A stretch of 64,000 bases of DNA from the human T2T-CHM13v2.0 reference genome, Homo sapiens. A program made the translations under genes and the position numbers. The notes beneath the pieces are model-generated. The model searched no databases, had not been told where the DNA came from, and saw only the letters and a program-made list of their open reading frames with translations. The stretch lies in NCBI RefSeq assembly GCF_009914755.1, contig NC_060925.1; one strand, 5' to 3'. Shown piece by piece: positions 49,985-64,000 of the stretch (the first letter of the stretch is position 1; each line of letters opens with the position of its first letter).

Positions 49985-50389
49985 TGATAAGGCTGAATTG
50001 TGTCCTACTCCCTCCTAATTCATATGGTGAAGCTCCCACCCCCAGGACCTCAGAATGTGATGTATTTGGAGATAGGGCCTTTACAAAGGTAATTAAGTTT
50101 AAATGAGGCCATTAGGGTGGGCCCTAATCCAATCTGACTGTTGCCCTTATAAAAAGAGGTGGATTGGGAAACACAGAGACACCAGACATGTGTACAACTG
50201 GACAATCACGAGAAGAGGCATCCAGAACACTGCCATCTGTGAACGAAGGAGGAAGGCCCCAGAGGAAACCAATGCTGGCAGCACCTTGACCTTGGACTGT
50301 GCCTCCAGGACTGTGAGGAAGTACATTCCTGTTGCTTCGGCCACCCAGTCTGTGGTTCTTTGTTACGGCAGTCTCAGCAGATGAATACA
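49985..50389 (+). mobile_element. MaLR solo LTR (MLT1B-like)
   Basis: TG...CA ends, cctcagaatgtgatgtatttggagatagggcc; perfect 5-bp TSD gtggc (49980-49984 / 50390-50394). Confidence 0.92.
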
Positions 50390-51670
50390 GTGGCTCACCT
50401 AAGATTTGCCAAAATAAGACAGGAAAATCTTCCCAGTGCTGAATTCTTCCCTACTGTGAGTGGGCACCTCTCAAAGCCCCAGCTAGCTAGAATGTAAGTT
50501 CTGAGATGGCAGAAGTTGTGTCTTTACCTCTCTGTCTCCATCTGGCATTGGGCATTGTCAGTCTTTGTTGTTTTGTTTGACCTGGTGTGAGCCGGTGGGA
50601 TTGGCTGCTAAGTGAGGGGATGGGGTGCGGGAGGGAGGACAGGGCAAACCTGGCCCCTGAAGGCCAACGTGGCTCCCGCCCAAGGTTTTTGCTTTTGTTA
50701 CCACTGTGGTCAGCACCCTGCCTTACACAACTGCCTTCCTGCTCCATCCCCACCCACTGCAGCCCAAAGTAGAATCCCCTGATGGGACATTTGGCTTAAC
50801 CTGGCATTTCACAGGCCTGTTCCTTCCAGAAGAAGCTGCAGCCCCAGCCAGCACTGGCCCACAGACTCACAGGAGAATTGCAAAACCAAGGCATGCACCC
50901 CAGATCAAATTCCCCTGCCTTGGGTCTTCGAGCTACTTGTTTATACAAAAGAAAATCTATTTCCCACCCTCAGCTGGGAGGTGGCTGGACCACAGACAAT
51001 CCTGTCACTGGGGCCTGCATAGGAGGTGTGGCTTCTAGGGAGCTTTCCCCTAGTCACAAGTCCTAGAGGATGCTGTAGACTTCTCACAGGAGCTGGCCCA
51101 GTCCCTCTCAGCCAGGACAGGGGCAAAGGCCTGAACACAGAGTCAGTAACCAAGAGGACGTGTGATGGAGGACTTTCTCACAGTCTGTGCTATCTCATGA
51201 TGGAGTAGGCTGTCCCAGGCAGAGCTGAGCTCACCAGGAGGAGTATATGCAAGCTACTGTCAGAAACTGAGGAAAGGCCCCTAACACCATATGGAAGCTT
51301 GGCCAAAATAATCCGAAAGGCCTCTTCCAACCTTGAAAGAGCAGGGGTCTAAGAATCTAGATTCATGCATTCAATGAACATTCATAGGTGCTCTCCACCC
51401 TAAGGGCACATTGCATGGACACTGCAGAGCTAGAGCTGAGCCTTGACCCTTGGTCTCCCACACTCCAGCTTGTGCCCTTCCCTCCAGGCCAAGCCACCTC
51501 CCCATCTTGGTGCCCCAGTGCCTGACTTGGGATTTGGCCTGGACCAAGGGGTGAGTGAGTGCTGCCTGGCACCACTAAGAAGGAAGTGCAGACGGGAGGG
51601 AGGGAATGAATGAATCCTGCAGGTGGGCCCCTGCCCACTCTCCGCCTCCTCTGGCTCATGTCTTCTGTAT

Positions 51671-52006
51671 CAGTGGTCCCCAACCTTTTTGGCACCTGGG
51701 ACCGATTTCATGGAAGACAATTTCTCCACAGACTCGGGGGTTGGGAGATGGTTTAGGGATTAAATTGTTCCACTTCAGATCATCAGACCTTAGATTCTCA
51801 TAAGGAGCACACAACCTAGATCACTTGCATGCACAGTTCACAACAGGGTTCATGCTCCTCTGAGAATCTAATGCCACCGCTGATCTGACAGGAGGCGGAG
51901 CTCAGGTGGTAATGCTCGCTCACCTGCTCACCTCCTGCTGTGTGGCCTGGTTCCTAACAGGCTATGGACTGGTACCAGTCCACAGACCAGGTGGTGGAGA
52001 CCCCTG
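51671..52006 (+). mobile_element. MER1B (hAT-Charlie)
   Basis: cagtggtccccaacctttttggcacc...gagacccctg termini, 336 bp; 8-bp TSD ttctgtat/ttctatat. Confidence 0.92.
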
Positions 52007-52699
52007 TTCTATATGAATGTTCTACCTGAGAAGGAGGGCAGAGTCTGGGCTCACTGAGGACTGACTGGTGACAGGCCCCATTCTCCTTGTTTCAGGCTGT
52101 CTTGGACTCTGCTGCACACTCATGACTCTCCTTCTTCCCACCCCATGCTCCATGGCCCACCCCAGCCCTTCAGAACTAAAGCAGCTCATCAGCACATAAA
52201 ATATAACAAATTATAAATAATCAAAATGGGAAACCAGCCTTTTAAATATCAAGGCCTCTTGGGATAATAACTATGTCCCCCAACCTAAGGAGAGTCACAA
52301 GAATGTATGTGAACCTGCGGGGTGGTGTGTGTAGTCACAGAGTGGGACATGGGTGAGGAAAAAGAGGGAGGAAGGGAGGGAGAGAGGGAAAGAGATTGAT
52401 TTTTGACATTATGCTCAGTAAGAAATTTAGATCTTCTTTTGAGTTATACTGGAGCTGAAGAAATGTCAGAGAGTTTTGTAGAGTCAGAAGTTTCTGCTCC
52501 AAGTCCTTCTCTGTCATTTGCTCGGACAAGTGATATTCAGTGTCCCAAGCCACAATGGGAGTGACAATCCCCACTTCCCAGGGCCACTGTGAGAATTAGT
52601 TGAGTGTGTGTGTACATATCCCACAGAGGCTGACCTACTAAGTACTAGACATGAGCAAATCGCACCACATGCATCACTGTCCTGGGCCTTCCCATTGGT

Positions 52700-52840
52700 T
52701 CTGTGAGCATTATCATTTTATTGGCGAGGAACCCTAGGCTTAGAGAAATTGCGGAAATAGCTCAATATAACTCAGCTAATATGTGCCAGAGGTGGGATTT
52801 GAACCCAGACTGTCTGGCTACAGAATTTGTGCTCTTAATC
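52700..52840 (-). mobile_element. MIR SINE
   Basis: gccagaggtgggatttgaacccagactgtctggctacagaa. Confidence 0.65.
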
Positions 52841-54519
52841 AATGTGATTCACAAAGTAGGCTCTTGACAAATGTCTATGAAATGACAAAAGGGCAACCCA
52901 AAGGCAGAGTGAGCAAAAGCAAGGGAGGCTAGCAAGAGTCATTCTAGAGCTCTGTGCTAAGGGAAAGGAAAACAGAAAGCTAGAAACTGTCCAAAGAATA
53001 ACCCCAAACCCAAACACCCACCAGCCACCGCCATGGGCCCTGGGGGACTAGGCTCCCGAGAAACCTCCGGGGCTCTGGAATGAGAGCTGGGCCCAGACTG
53101 CGGCCTGAGATAGACGAGGCCAGGCGGAGGTTTGGGGCAGAGTCCCTTGGTAAGGCGTGCGGAGCTCCTGGCCCCATGGAGCCACACACATAAGGATTCT
53201 AAGGCAGCCTTTGTTGCTGTTGGAGGCTAGGAATTCCAGGCCAAAGTAATCTAACCGACCATGAACAGAATTAAATTTCTGCCTCCCCCACTTCCTGACC
53301 CACTATGGGATTCATTTTCACGATCCCCTTTCAATGATGTGAGCCCGTTTCAGAGAGCTGGAAGCAGGCCCCATGTGGCTGCGCAACGCCAAGAATCTGA
53401 GCCTTCCCTGCAGCCCACCAGGGCCACCATTGCTGGTCACGTCTGGCCAGAACTCTCCGGGAATGTCAGCTCTCAGCAGGACCAGCAGACTCTCAAAGCA
53501 CGCTGTGATTGCCCGAGCTCCCTCTGAGCCTATCCATTTCTGCTGTGTTCCAGGCACTGGTTACATACTATTTCAATAATCCCAGAGGAGGAGGTACCAT
53601 TGTTATCCCCATTCTGCAGATGAAGAAATGGGGTGGGTGGTGGTGGTGCTGCTGAGGTTAAGTTATTCATCCAAGCTCATTTTCCCAAGTGTCTTCGACT
53701 GAAGAACTCTTAACAACCATAATACCTGCCCCAAAGTTGAGTATTTCAAAGTATATATATATTTTTGGTCATCTTTAAAACAGGGCGATGGTGACTAATA
53801 CCTCTTTGAAGGCCCAGCTGAGTTCTCATATTCTCTTTGATTGGGTTTAAGAGTTTCACTTCCACGGCTCCCCAAAGGCAGCCAGGGCTGGTGGGGCAGG
53901 TAAAGGGGGGTGGGTGGGAAAGCCTCCCCAACATCCTGGAAGCATGCCTAGCAGAGAAAAGCCTTTTCTAATGAATGTTGGCTAAGCAGAGTGGCCACTG
54001 AGCAAATACCCTGAACGGGGGCTTGGTTGATGCTAGGGCCGAGGGCCACTCACTGGGAGATGGTCAAGCTGGGGAATGTCAAGATCTGGGAGTTGAGCAA
54101 ACACATATCCCTGGGACTCCACATTCCTCAGTCTGCAGCCTGGGGCCCAAACCCACCAACGCACCCCGGCATTGTCTAGCAGTGGCCCGAATTAGCCAAG
54201 GGGCAAGATCAATATTTGCTGGTACATATTGGGTCCCACCTCCGGCAGCATCTGTGTTTGGACAGTGCTGCCTCCCACTGCCCAGAATCTTTTCCCAAAC
54301 GCACTCTGGGCCCAGCAGGTCTCCACAGGGTGGTGGTCACTGAACTTGGAGGCTGAGGGTTGGGGATAACTCTGGTGGGATTTCTCATCATGTCTGACCT
54401 CAAACCTTTCCACATATTTCAGAACCAGGAAAGTCACGCAGGAAAGAGTCTAAAAGGATCTCTGGGAGCCTAGCTCAGGGACTGTGTGGAGACCATGATG
54501 GTTAATATGGGTTATCCTG

Positions 54520-54930
54520 GGAGAAGTCATCTTTGATTCCTCCCCTACCATCCACTCACCCATCCATCCATCCACCTATCCACCCATCCAATATTTATTA
54601 GATTTTGAATAGCTCTGTCAATCTGTCTTCTTCTCAGCTGTCACTGGCCCTACACAAGCTTAAGCCCCTCTGGCCTAGAAAACCATAACAAGACTTCTAA
54701 CTGGGGTCTCTGTTTCCCACCTCTTACTCTGCAATTATTCTCCAAGTCGTAGCTAGAGTGGACTTTCTAAACCACAAATATGATCACATCTCTCCCTGTT
54801 TAAACCTTGCAATGGCTCCCACTGCCTGCAGCAGCAAGCAAGCCTAGCTCCTTAGATGGCTTACAGAGAGACTATAATGATTTCATTACTGTTTCCTTCT
54901 CCCACTAGCCTCATTCTGGCCTATCTCCCA
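54520..54930 (+). mobile_element. L2 fragment
   Basis: ttctaaaccacaaatatgatcacatctctccctgtttaaaccttgcaatggctcccc. Confidence 0.65.
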
Positions 54931-54949
54931 CAATTCATATGACATAATA

Positions 54950-55120
54950 GTTACAAGCAGAGCTTTGGGGTCAGAAAGACATGGGTTTCAACTCTGCTAC
55001 TTACTAGCTATGTCATTTTGGGCAGGCCACTTCAATTTCTGAACCTCTGTAAAATGGGGACGGTCTCCTGGGTTTGAAACTAGGAAAATATATGTCAGAT
55101 TCTTAGCACAATGCCTACTG
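54950..55120 (+). mobile_element. MIR SINE
   Basis: ctctgctacttactagctatgtcattttgggcagg...ctgtaaaatggg. Confidence 0.75.
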
Positions 55121-55719
55121 TCTAGAGTTGGCAGGGTCAGTCATGCTACCTCTTGGGAAGGGGTTACTAGGAAAGGTTGTGAATGACTTACCCTCCTTTG
55201 GCCTCTCTCATGAGGCTGTTGCAGCCCCTGTTCTCTTCCTTCAGCTGATCTCCAGAGTCTGGTTCTGTTTTGATCAGGGAAGGAAGGTATTGCAGATGAT
55301 GCTTCAGGCGTCTGAATTAAGGCTTTTTTCCTTTGAGGTCACATAATCAAGATGTAACTGGAGCACAAATGTTTTATCCAATCAATGAAACTAAATCACT
55401 TTGCTAATTGCCTGGAATAAGTCATAGTCCTCTGTGATTTGATGGTGAGGGTCTCAAAACAGAGTGTAGGGTGCCACAAGCCACTTTAGCAAGTAATAAT
55501 GACACTAACGAAGTGCTTTAGACCCTGCTAGGGAAGTGACCTCGCAATTTGCATTTTTTTACATTTAGAGCAAGTAAAGCTGAAAGAGGGAAAGTAGTTC
55601 ACCAAAGGTCACAGATAGGCAGTAACAGAGGTAGAATTCAAGGTCAGGCTCTGCCCCTGAGCTTGTTTGCATTTTGTTTGGTGTTTGTTTATTGAAGTTT
55701 GTAGTATTTTATTTAAAAA

Positions 55720-55940
55720 GGCAGCTTGTATAGGTGGTGAGAGGTAGGGGAGAGAGTATGCCTTTGGAGTCACATGTAAAAAAGTTTGGAGCTCACATTT
55801 TTCAAGTGAATAGCTGTGTGATGTAGGGCAAGCTGCTTACCACCTCTGAGCCTATTTCCTCATTTGTGAAATGAGGGTAATAGGCCTTCTTGGGATCATC
55901 AGCAGATATGATATAAAATGGCTCAGAGTACCTTGGCACT
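55720..55940 (+). mobile_element. MIR SINE
   Basis: agctgtgtgatgtagggcaag...ctctgagcctatttcctcatttgtgaaatgaggg. Confidence 0.7.
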
Positions 55941-56009
55941 GAGCTGAAACTTCAGAGGCCCTTAGACTGTGGTTCATGTGGGTTTTTGAATAAGACTGGG
56001 TTTTGTTTA

Positions 56010-56516
56010 AACCTTTTTATTTAAAATGAAATATTTCAAAAGAAGAGTACAGAGAAATCGAATAAATATCTATGTATTTGCTACTGAGAGTTAACACACA
56101 TTGATCTTCCAATATATTTGTTTCCCATATTTTTTAAAATATTGATCTTCTACTATATTTGTTTCACATGTTTTTTAAAAACAAAATGTATAGAATCATA
56201 AGTTCCCTTTCCTCTCCTTAATCCCAGTCCCTTCTCTTGTCCTCCAGAGGCAATCACTTCTGAGGCTGGAGTGTATCCTTGTCTGCATTTTTACTCTTCT
56301 ATTACATGCACATATGTGCATAAACAGTATGGGATATCGTTCTGTTTTTAAATTTGCATAAGTAGAAGACTGCACATATTGTTCTGATTTGCCTTTTTAA
56401 CCGGATATTATCTAAGTAAGATTTACCCATGTTGACACGCATAGGTCATCCATTCTGACAGCTGTCTAGTATTTCACTCTGTGAACATAGTATGATTCGT
56501 TTATCCATTTGTCCAC
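56010..56516 (-). mobile_element. Old L1 (L1ME-type) 3' end, containing a 41-bp tandem duplication (56100-56181)
   Basis: ccagaggcaatcact, tgatttgcctttt, gatttacccatgttg, ttatccatt pattern; duplicated attgatcttc...ttttaaaa. Confidence 0.65.
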
Positions 56517-56856
56517 TGCTATGGATGGAATGCTTGTGTTCTCCCAAACTTCCTATGCTGAAATGTGATGGTAATTGGAGATGGGGGCTTTGGGAGGTAA
56601 TCAGGTCATGAAGGTGGAGCCCTCATTAGTGCCCTTACAGGGAAAGACACAGAGGGCTTACTTCCTCTCTCTTTCCACTTTGTGAGGGCACACTAGAAGA
56701 CAGCCATCTGCAAACCAGAAGAGGGCCCGCATCAGAACTTGACCATGCTAACACCCTGATACGGAACTTGCCAGCTTCCAGAACTAAGAGAAATCAATAT
56801 CTGTTATTTAAGCTATCCAGTTGGTGATATTATGTTATAGCAGCCTTAGTGGATGA
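56517..56856 (+). mobile_element. MaLR solo LTR (MLT1A-like)
   Basis: tgctatgga start, ctttgggaggtaatcaggtcatgaaggtggagccctc, gccatctgcaaaccagaagagggccc. Confidence 0.88.
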
Positions 56857-58770
56857 GGGCGCTTGCAGATGAAAAATGCCCCAGACCCTGGCCCCTAGTT
56901 TTTCACTGTGCTGTCATGAAGAAGAGAGATGTGAGGAGAGGAGAAACCATTTTCCCTGGAAGGATGGACAAGCCACTTTCTAAGCATGAGATTGGACTCA
57001 AAGAAAGGCCCCTGAAATGCTGTTCAGCCTGGATGAGTGGCACAGAGATAGCTCCCTTTCTGCCCACCATGTAAGCGGGGTCTGCGGGCAGGACCCCTGC
57101 CTGCTTCCAGGCACCCCTTCCACACACACTGTGGAGTGCTTCCTGACCCTACTTTGGGATCTCTCTGCCTCCCTTGCCATGGATCCTGCTCTACCCTCTG
57201 CTGTCCTACTGCTGCCATGGTGCTTGGCACACAGTATGTGCTCAGTAAATATTAGTGAGTGAACGCATGAGAGTGTGAAGTGAAAATGAATGTGTGTGTG
57301 AATAATGAAAGGGCTGGGTGGATGAATGCAGTTAGTTCTTGGATTTAGGATATGTTTGGGCTTAGAATACCATCTCCCTCAACTTTGAAAAGGCATTTTG
57401 AGGTGGGCTGAGAGTCCCAGTCCCTGATTCTAGGACCAGCTTTGCCATCGTAGGACACAGCATGGTGCTTAGAGAGGCTCAGAGTTTTTCCAGTCATGAT
57501 GTCCTGATGGTCTAAGTGGACCACTTCACTCCAACCATGCACCCACCCTCAAGCTCTGGTTACACACTGTCCACACACAGCCTCTCATTTTTCAAGAGCA
57601 CAGTCTGGGATGAATTCCTTGCTCACCACCTATGCTAAAAGAGATTTATTACTCCCACAAACTCTTTTTATCCCACTCCTTCTCAGAGACTTTGATAGAT
57701 CTTTATCTTGATAAATGATGAGGCCTGGGCCCCGCAGGCAGAGAGAGAGGTGAGTGGTAAGATGTGAGCCTGGAAAGGAAAAGGAAAAGGAAAACGTACT
57801 AGAGGCTGTCAGCCATTGATGTGCAGGAGAAGCTGTCACTCAGAGCTCCTCCACAGCCAGCTGAGAATAGCTGAATAGGAGGTTTTTTGACAGTTTCAGC
57901 AATGGTCCAACAACTTGCCAGGTGACCGCAGTAGCACTGCCTTCGGTCCTTGAGCCTGTTGGGAGATGGCCTTTGCAGCCAAGCAAACTGTGGCCTCTGT
58001 TCACCTTTATGTTTTGGAGTTGACCATCATAAAGGCACTTTCTGCATCCAAGTGGGCAGTCTTGGTGCATTGCAAGGATTTTCCTGAAGTGGCTTCCCCT
58101 TCCCTCAGCCCCTGGGCCTTTAGTAGGTGCTCCCTAATCAGGGAAACCCTAGTATCCTGGACCCTCCCCCTTCCTGAAGCCACTCCCAGAGCTTGCTGCC
58201 TGAGCTCTCATCTTCTTAGCCTGCAGACTTGGCAGGTGCTCCTGTTTAGGCACAATGAGCCGGGCCAGCCACCGTTGCTGCATTAGCCCTGCCCCACCGT
58301 GTGCCTACCTAGCAACCTTCTATGCCTCCTTCCAGGCACAGAACCATAGACTTCTCCTTGGGGAAGCCTTCCCTGATCCCGTGAGCAAGGGGGTTAAGGC
58401 CCCCTTCTCAGTACCTACCTCTGGGTGTCCCTCTGAATTCCTCCTGACTGCTGTGCCCGAGGTCTGTCTGTTCACTTGTCTGTCCTTTCAGCTGACCTCC
58501 TAGGGCAGCATTCTGATCAACATCAGTTTCCCAGGGCCCTGCCCAGGCTGGGCACAGAGAAGGCCTCCAAGAATAATGAAAGAGTGAGGGAGTGAAGGAA
58601 CTCTCCCCAGATCCCACCCCTACTTCTAGGTGGTCTACTCCCTGGATGTAGCCACTGGCCCTTGCTTCTCTTAGCATCATTTTGACACACAGTAAGTCCT
58701 CATTGAGGAGTAACTGCTAATAATGTCTGTGTGCAAGGACTGTGCCAAGCATTTTGTATCTTAGTTAATA

Positions 58771-59442
<672 letters not shown>

Positions 59443-61496
59443 ACACTATATTCTTAATAGCCTTACAAAGTGAAATTTATTAATCCAGTGTCAGATAATG
59501 ACAGTAAGCCTCAGCAAAGGGAAGTGACTTCCAAGTTTCCCACAGCTTACAAGTACAGTCAGGATTCAAACATGACTGCCTTATCCCCAAAGCCATGTGC
59601 TTTAACTCTGCCTCATCCTGAATGGTGGTAGGCAGCCAGTGTTGCTGTCTCTTCCAGAAGCCTGCCAGACAAGAAGAGGCCTTTGCCCTGCTAGAGTGGC
59701 TAAGCCTGCAGATGCCTCTAGAGAAAGGTCCTCAGGATGGCGGCCTGGTGGACTAGTGGGATAACTGGGCACAGCAGAGAGCTCCTTTCTGGGCATGGGA
59801 ACCATGGTGGCTTAGTCAAGGTGGGCAAACCTGTCTGCTCCTTAAATCAAATCCAGCCACAGTTACCACCCCTCCTCACTCACATACACATACTCGCAGG
59901 CTGGTCTTTGAGCCTGCTTAGGGGTGGTCTTTGCAACCAAGCAAGCTGTGGTCTTTGCTCAGCTGGCAAGGAACAGAGGGGTACTTGCTGAGAGTTATCA
60001 TTTTCTGGGACACAAAGCTGCCCCTCTTGAGGCTGGCATGGTGCTTCATTCCAGCAGACTGAAGCTTTGCAGCCCTGACCCTTTTGTTTCCCCCATCCTT
60101 CCTTTCTTTTTCCTGCCCTCTCTAACCCATCTGGCCTGCTCCTCCCACCGCCTTTGCTGTGGTCTGGTGGTTACCCACAGCCAGCCAGCCTCACACTGGC
60201 TGGGAAACGGATAGGGCTAACCAGGTACTCACCTGGCCTTTGTGGTTCATCTGAGCTCCAGTTGGACCCCAGCCCTGTACTCAGAATCAGCCCCACAGCC
60301 CTGTCCACCCCACACCCTCCTTTTATACTTCTTCCCAACAACTGTGTGTGAGGATAGTCTCATGTAGCCCCTGGGCATTACCTGCCTTAGTTTTGACTTG
60401 TAGAGCTCTGGCCACAGAATTCAGAAGTCTTTCTGCAGCAGCCCCTTTCTGGCCTGACCCTGGAGTTTGGGGAGGTTTGTGCATGCACCAGCAGGCATGT
60501 GGCCAGAGCATGCCTTAGCTGCTGCTCATCGTGGTGGAAGAAGCAGTGATCACATCTCCTGGCTCAGAGTGGCCCCCACTTCCCCACCATCTCCACCTGC
60601 CCAAATCAGACCAATCTGACAAGTGTCTGTCCAGCTTCTCCCTTGAGGATGAAGTCCTTAGCACCTTCCAGCCTTGGCACCTCTATCACAGGGCTGACGT
60701 CATTCTATTTTGTATAATAATGATCACTCCTCACATCGACAACTCTTCACGGTTAACCAAACCCTCAGATTCATGAGCTCACTTAGCCCTTACTACAACC
60801 TGGTTAGTCCTGTTGACAGATGTGAAATGAAGCTCAGGGAGGTGACGTATCTTGCCCAGGGTCACCCAACTGGAGATGCAGTGGAACCAGGGTGTGAATC
60901 TGCTTGGTCAGACTGCACTACCTTGTGTGCCTCCCAGGTGCTAGACAGTGCAGGTACCAGGGCTGTGATGGCGGACAGGGCAGTCACTGGCCCTTGATGT
61001 CCTGAGGCTTTCATTCCTGGAGAACTAAATGCTGGTTGATCTAAACCGACTCAAATCACCACCTGCACTCCTTCATTCCTGCTGTTTCCCTCTCTTAAAA
61101 CTCTCCTTCAAATTCCTGAAGGCTCAGCTGAAGGCTGCTTTCTCCTATAAGTCTTTCCCACCTAGTTGTTACTAAACACTTGCCCTCTTCCAAGCTACCA
61201 CAGCTGCACAAGCTCACCCTGATGGTGTGCAGCCATTACTGTGACCTATGTGAGTTGGGTCTACCTGAACATCTCTGTCTCCTCCTTCTCTTTGTCTCTT
61301 AATGAGTGTCTCCTGGCATAGGACTGTACACTCAGAAAACATGCCTCACAGACCACCCAGGGGCTTGAGTCTGCTTGAGAAATGGTCCCAGGTGCCAAAT
61401 CCCTGTTACAAATGACATAGGGACCTGGGTGAGTCCTGGATTCCTGAATGACTTTTCTCCTCTGGGCCCCAGCATCTTATTAGTAAAATGAGGCTG

Positions 61497-61885
61497 TGCT
61501 ATGGTTTGAATGTGGTTTGTCTTTGCCGAAATTCATGTTGAAGTTTAATTGCCAGTGTGGCAGTATTGGGAGGTGGGCCTAGTCAGAAGTGTTTTGGTCA
61601 TGGGGGGTCTCTCAAGAATAGCTTGGTGCCATTCTACAGTAATGAGTTCTTGCTCTCATGGGTTGTTATAATGCAAGGTTCCTCCTCCCATTTGGTTCCT
61701 TTTGCACATGCCTGCTCCTGTTCTGTCTGCCATATTATGATGTAGTATGAAAGCCCTTGCTAGAAGCCAGCACCATGTCCTTCAACTCCCCAGCCTGCAA
61801 AATCGTAAGCCAAATAAGCCTCTTTTCTTTATAAATGACCTAGTCTCAAATATCCTGTCTAAGCAACATGAAATGGACTAAGACA
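61497..61885 (+). mobile_element. MaLR solo LTR (MST family)
   Basis: tgctatggtttgaatgtg start; taagccaaataagcctcttttctttataaatgacctagtctc...ggactaagaca end. Confidence 0.9.
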
Positions 61886-62068
61886 GGGTCTCATAGACCA
61901 ATGGAATGTTAGCCTTGGTGATCATCTCTTCCAATTCTCTTGTGCTACAGGGGAGGAGATGAAAACCAGAGATGTTTACTGGTTCCCAGAAGAACCAGGA
62001 CTACATCTGGTCTGGCTTAGGTGACCTCAATAATCCCTTTTAGGTTTAAATTATTTGATTATCTATAG

Positions 62069-62297
62069 CAGTGGTTCTCAAACTGGGGATAATTTTGCTA
62101 TTTCCCATCCCGAGGAGACATTCAGCAACACCTAGAAGGCATTTTTGGTTGCACAAATGGTGGTGGTGGGGGTGGCGGGGGTATGTTATTGGCATCTAAT
62201 GAGTAGAGGCCGGGAATGTTGTAAAACGTCCTACAATATACATGACAGCACCCCCCACCCTGCAACAATGATTATCCTTCCTAAAATGTCAATAATG
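62069..62297 (+). mobile_element. MER20 (hAT-Charlie), 3' TIR cut off by the L1
   Basis: cagtggttctcaaactgggg, tggcatctaatgagtagaggcc, cctacaat, aaaatgtcaataatg. Confidence 0.88.
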
Positions 62298-62299
62298 AG

Positions 62300-64000
62300 A
62301 GGACAGAGATAATTAACATCAGAAATAAAGGAGGGTACTTCCTACAGATTCCATGGACATTAAATGGAAAATAATAAGACACAACTTGATAACCTAGATA
62401 AAATGGGCCAACTCCTTGAAAGACCCACAATCTGCCAAAACTCACACAAGAAGAAACAGACAATCTGAATAGGCCCATTTCTACTAAAGAAATTGGATCG
62501 ATAATTAAGAATCTTCCAAAACAAAAAGCACCAGGCCCTGATGGATTCACTAGTGAATTCTGCCAAACATTTAGGAAAGAGATTATACCAAGTCTCTAAA
62601 CCTCCTTCAGAACACAGAAGCAGGGGGATATTTCCTAACTCATTCTGTGAGGCCTAACCTCAGCCAACCTCAAACCAGACAAAGACATTACAGGAAAAGA
62701 AGGTTACAGACCAATATTTTTCATGAATATAGGTATAAAAATCCTCAGCAAAAGATTAGCAAATTGAATCCAATAATGTATAAAAAGAATTACATACCAC
62801 AACCAAGTGGGATTTATCTCAGGTATGCAAAGCTGGTTCAATATTAAAAAATCAATTAACATAATTCATCAAATCAGCAGGTTAAAGAAGAAAATACATG
62901 TAAAAAAAGTATTAGACAAAATCCAACACCCATTCATGATCCAAGCTCTCAGTAAGTAGGAATAGAGGGGAACTCTGTCAAGTTGATAAATAATAACTAC
63001 AGAAAACCTACAGTTAACATCACACTTAATGCTAAGAAACTCGAAGCTTTCTCACAAAGATCAGGAACAAAGCAAGGATGTCCTGTCTTATAATTCCTTT
63101 TCAACACCGTACTGGAAGTCCTAGCTAATGTAATTAAGAAAATGAAATAAAATATATACTTATTGAGAAGGAAGAAATACATCTTTTTTCACAGATGACA
63201 TGATTATCTACGTAGAAAATCTGAAAGAATTGTCAAAAAACTCCTGGAACTAATAAACAATTATAACAAGTTTGCAGGATACAAGATTAATACACAAAAG
63301 TCAGTATATTTCCTATTTACCAGCAATAATGATGATGAACAAGATGAATGTGAAATTAAAAACACAATACCATTTACATTAACACCAAAAATATGAAATG
63401 CTAGGTATAAATCTAACAAAATATGCACAAGATATATATGAGAAAAACTACAAAACTCTTATGAAATATAAGAACTAAATAAATGGAGAGATATTCCATG
63501 TTCATAGATAGGAAGACAATATTTTCAAGATGTCAGGTCTTCCCAACTCAATCTACATATTCAACACAATCCTAATCAAAATCCCACCAAGTTATTTTGT
63601 GCCTATCAACAAACTGATTCTAAAGTTTATATGGAGAGGCAAAAGACTGGATAGTGAACACAATATTAAAGGAGAAGAACAAAGTTAAAGGAATGACAGT
63701 ACTCAATTCAAGACTTATTATAAAGCTATAATCATCAAGACAGTGTGGTGTTGGTGAAAGAAAAGACAAATAGATCAAATGCAACAGAAAAGGGTGCCCA
63801 GAAATAGACTCACATAAATGTAGTCAACTAATCTTTGACACAGGCACTATGGCTGCCTTTTCAACAAATAGTGCTTGAACAAATGGTCATTCACATGTAA
63901 AATAATGAATCTAGGCACAGACCTTACACTCTTCACAAAAATTAAGACAAAATGAATCACAGCCCTAAATGTAAAACACGAAACTATGAAACTCCTAGAA
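62300..64000 (+). mobile_element. Old L1 ORF2 fragment (decayed reverse transcriptase), runs off the window
   Basis: ccaaaactcacacaagaagaaacagacaatctgaatagg, ccaggccctgatggattcac, FTDDMIIYVEN (RT xDD motif) at ~63188-63220; many stops and frameshifts. Confidence 0.93.

Noticed and set aside
62281-63182. Short ORFs in the L1
   Set aside because: Fragments of a dead ORF2 or its antisense strand.

Overview
Primate (most likely human) genomic DNA inside the TRABD2B (TIKI2, Wnt-cleaving metalloprotease) gene, transcribed on the minus strand. The only protein-coding sequence I can support is one 147-nt internal exon (2376-2522, phase 0/0, VLFALNQT...NHDTSQ). The rest is intron: about 61.5 kb of a very long upstream intron and 2.4 kb of the downstream intron. 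It is filled with Alu, L1, L2, MIR, ERVL/MaLR LTR and hAT/Tigger relics, microsatellites, several local duplications and repeat-free, motif-rich islands that look like enhancers. I found no convincing new biological system. The best leads are a perfect ER6 nuclear-receptor element, candidate TCF/LEF (Wnt feedback) sites, a recursive-splice-like site, a 64-bp x3 minisatellite, a ~250-bp direct repeat flanking a homeobox-motif island, and a 29-bp templated-insertion-like copy. Repeat subfamily names, repeat boundaries and exon numbering come from recognition by eye and recall, not from database searches.
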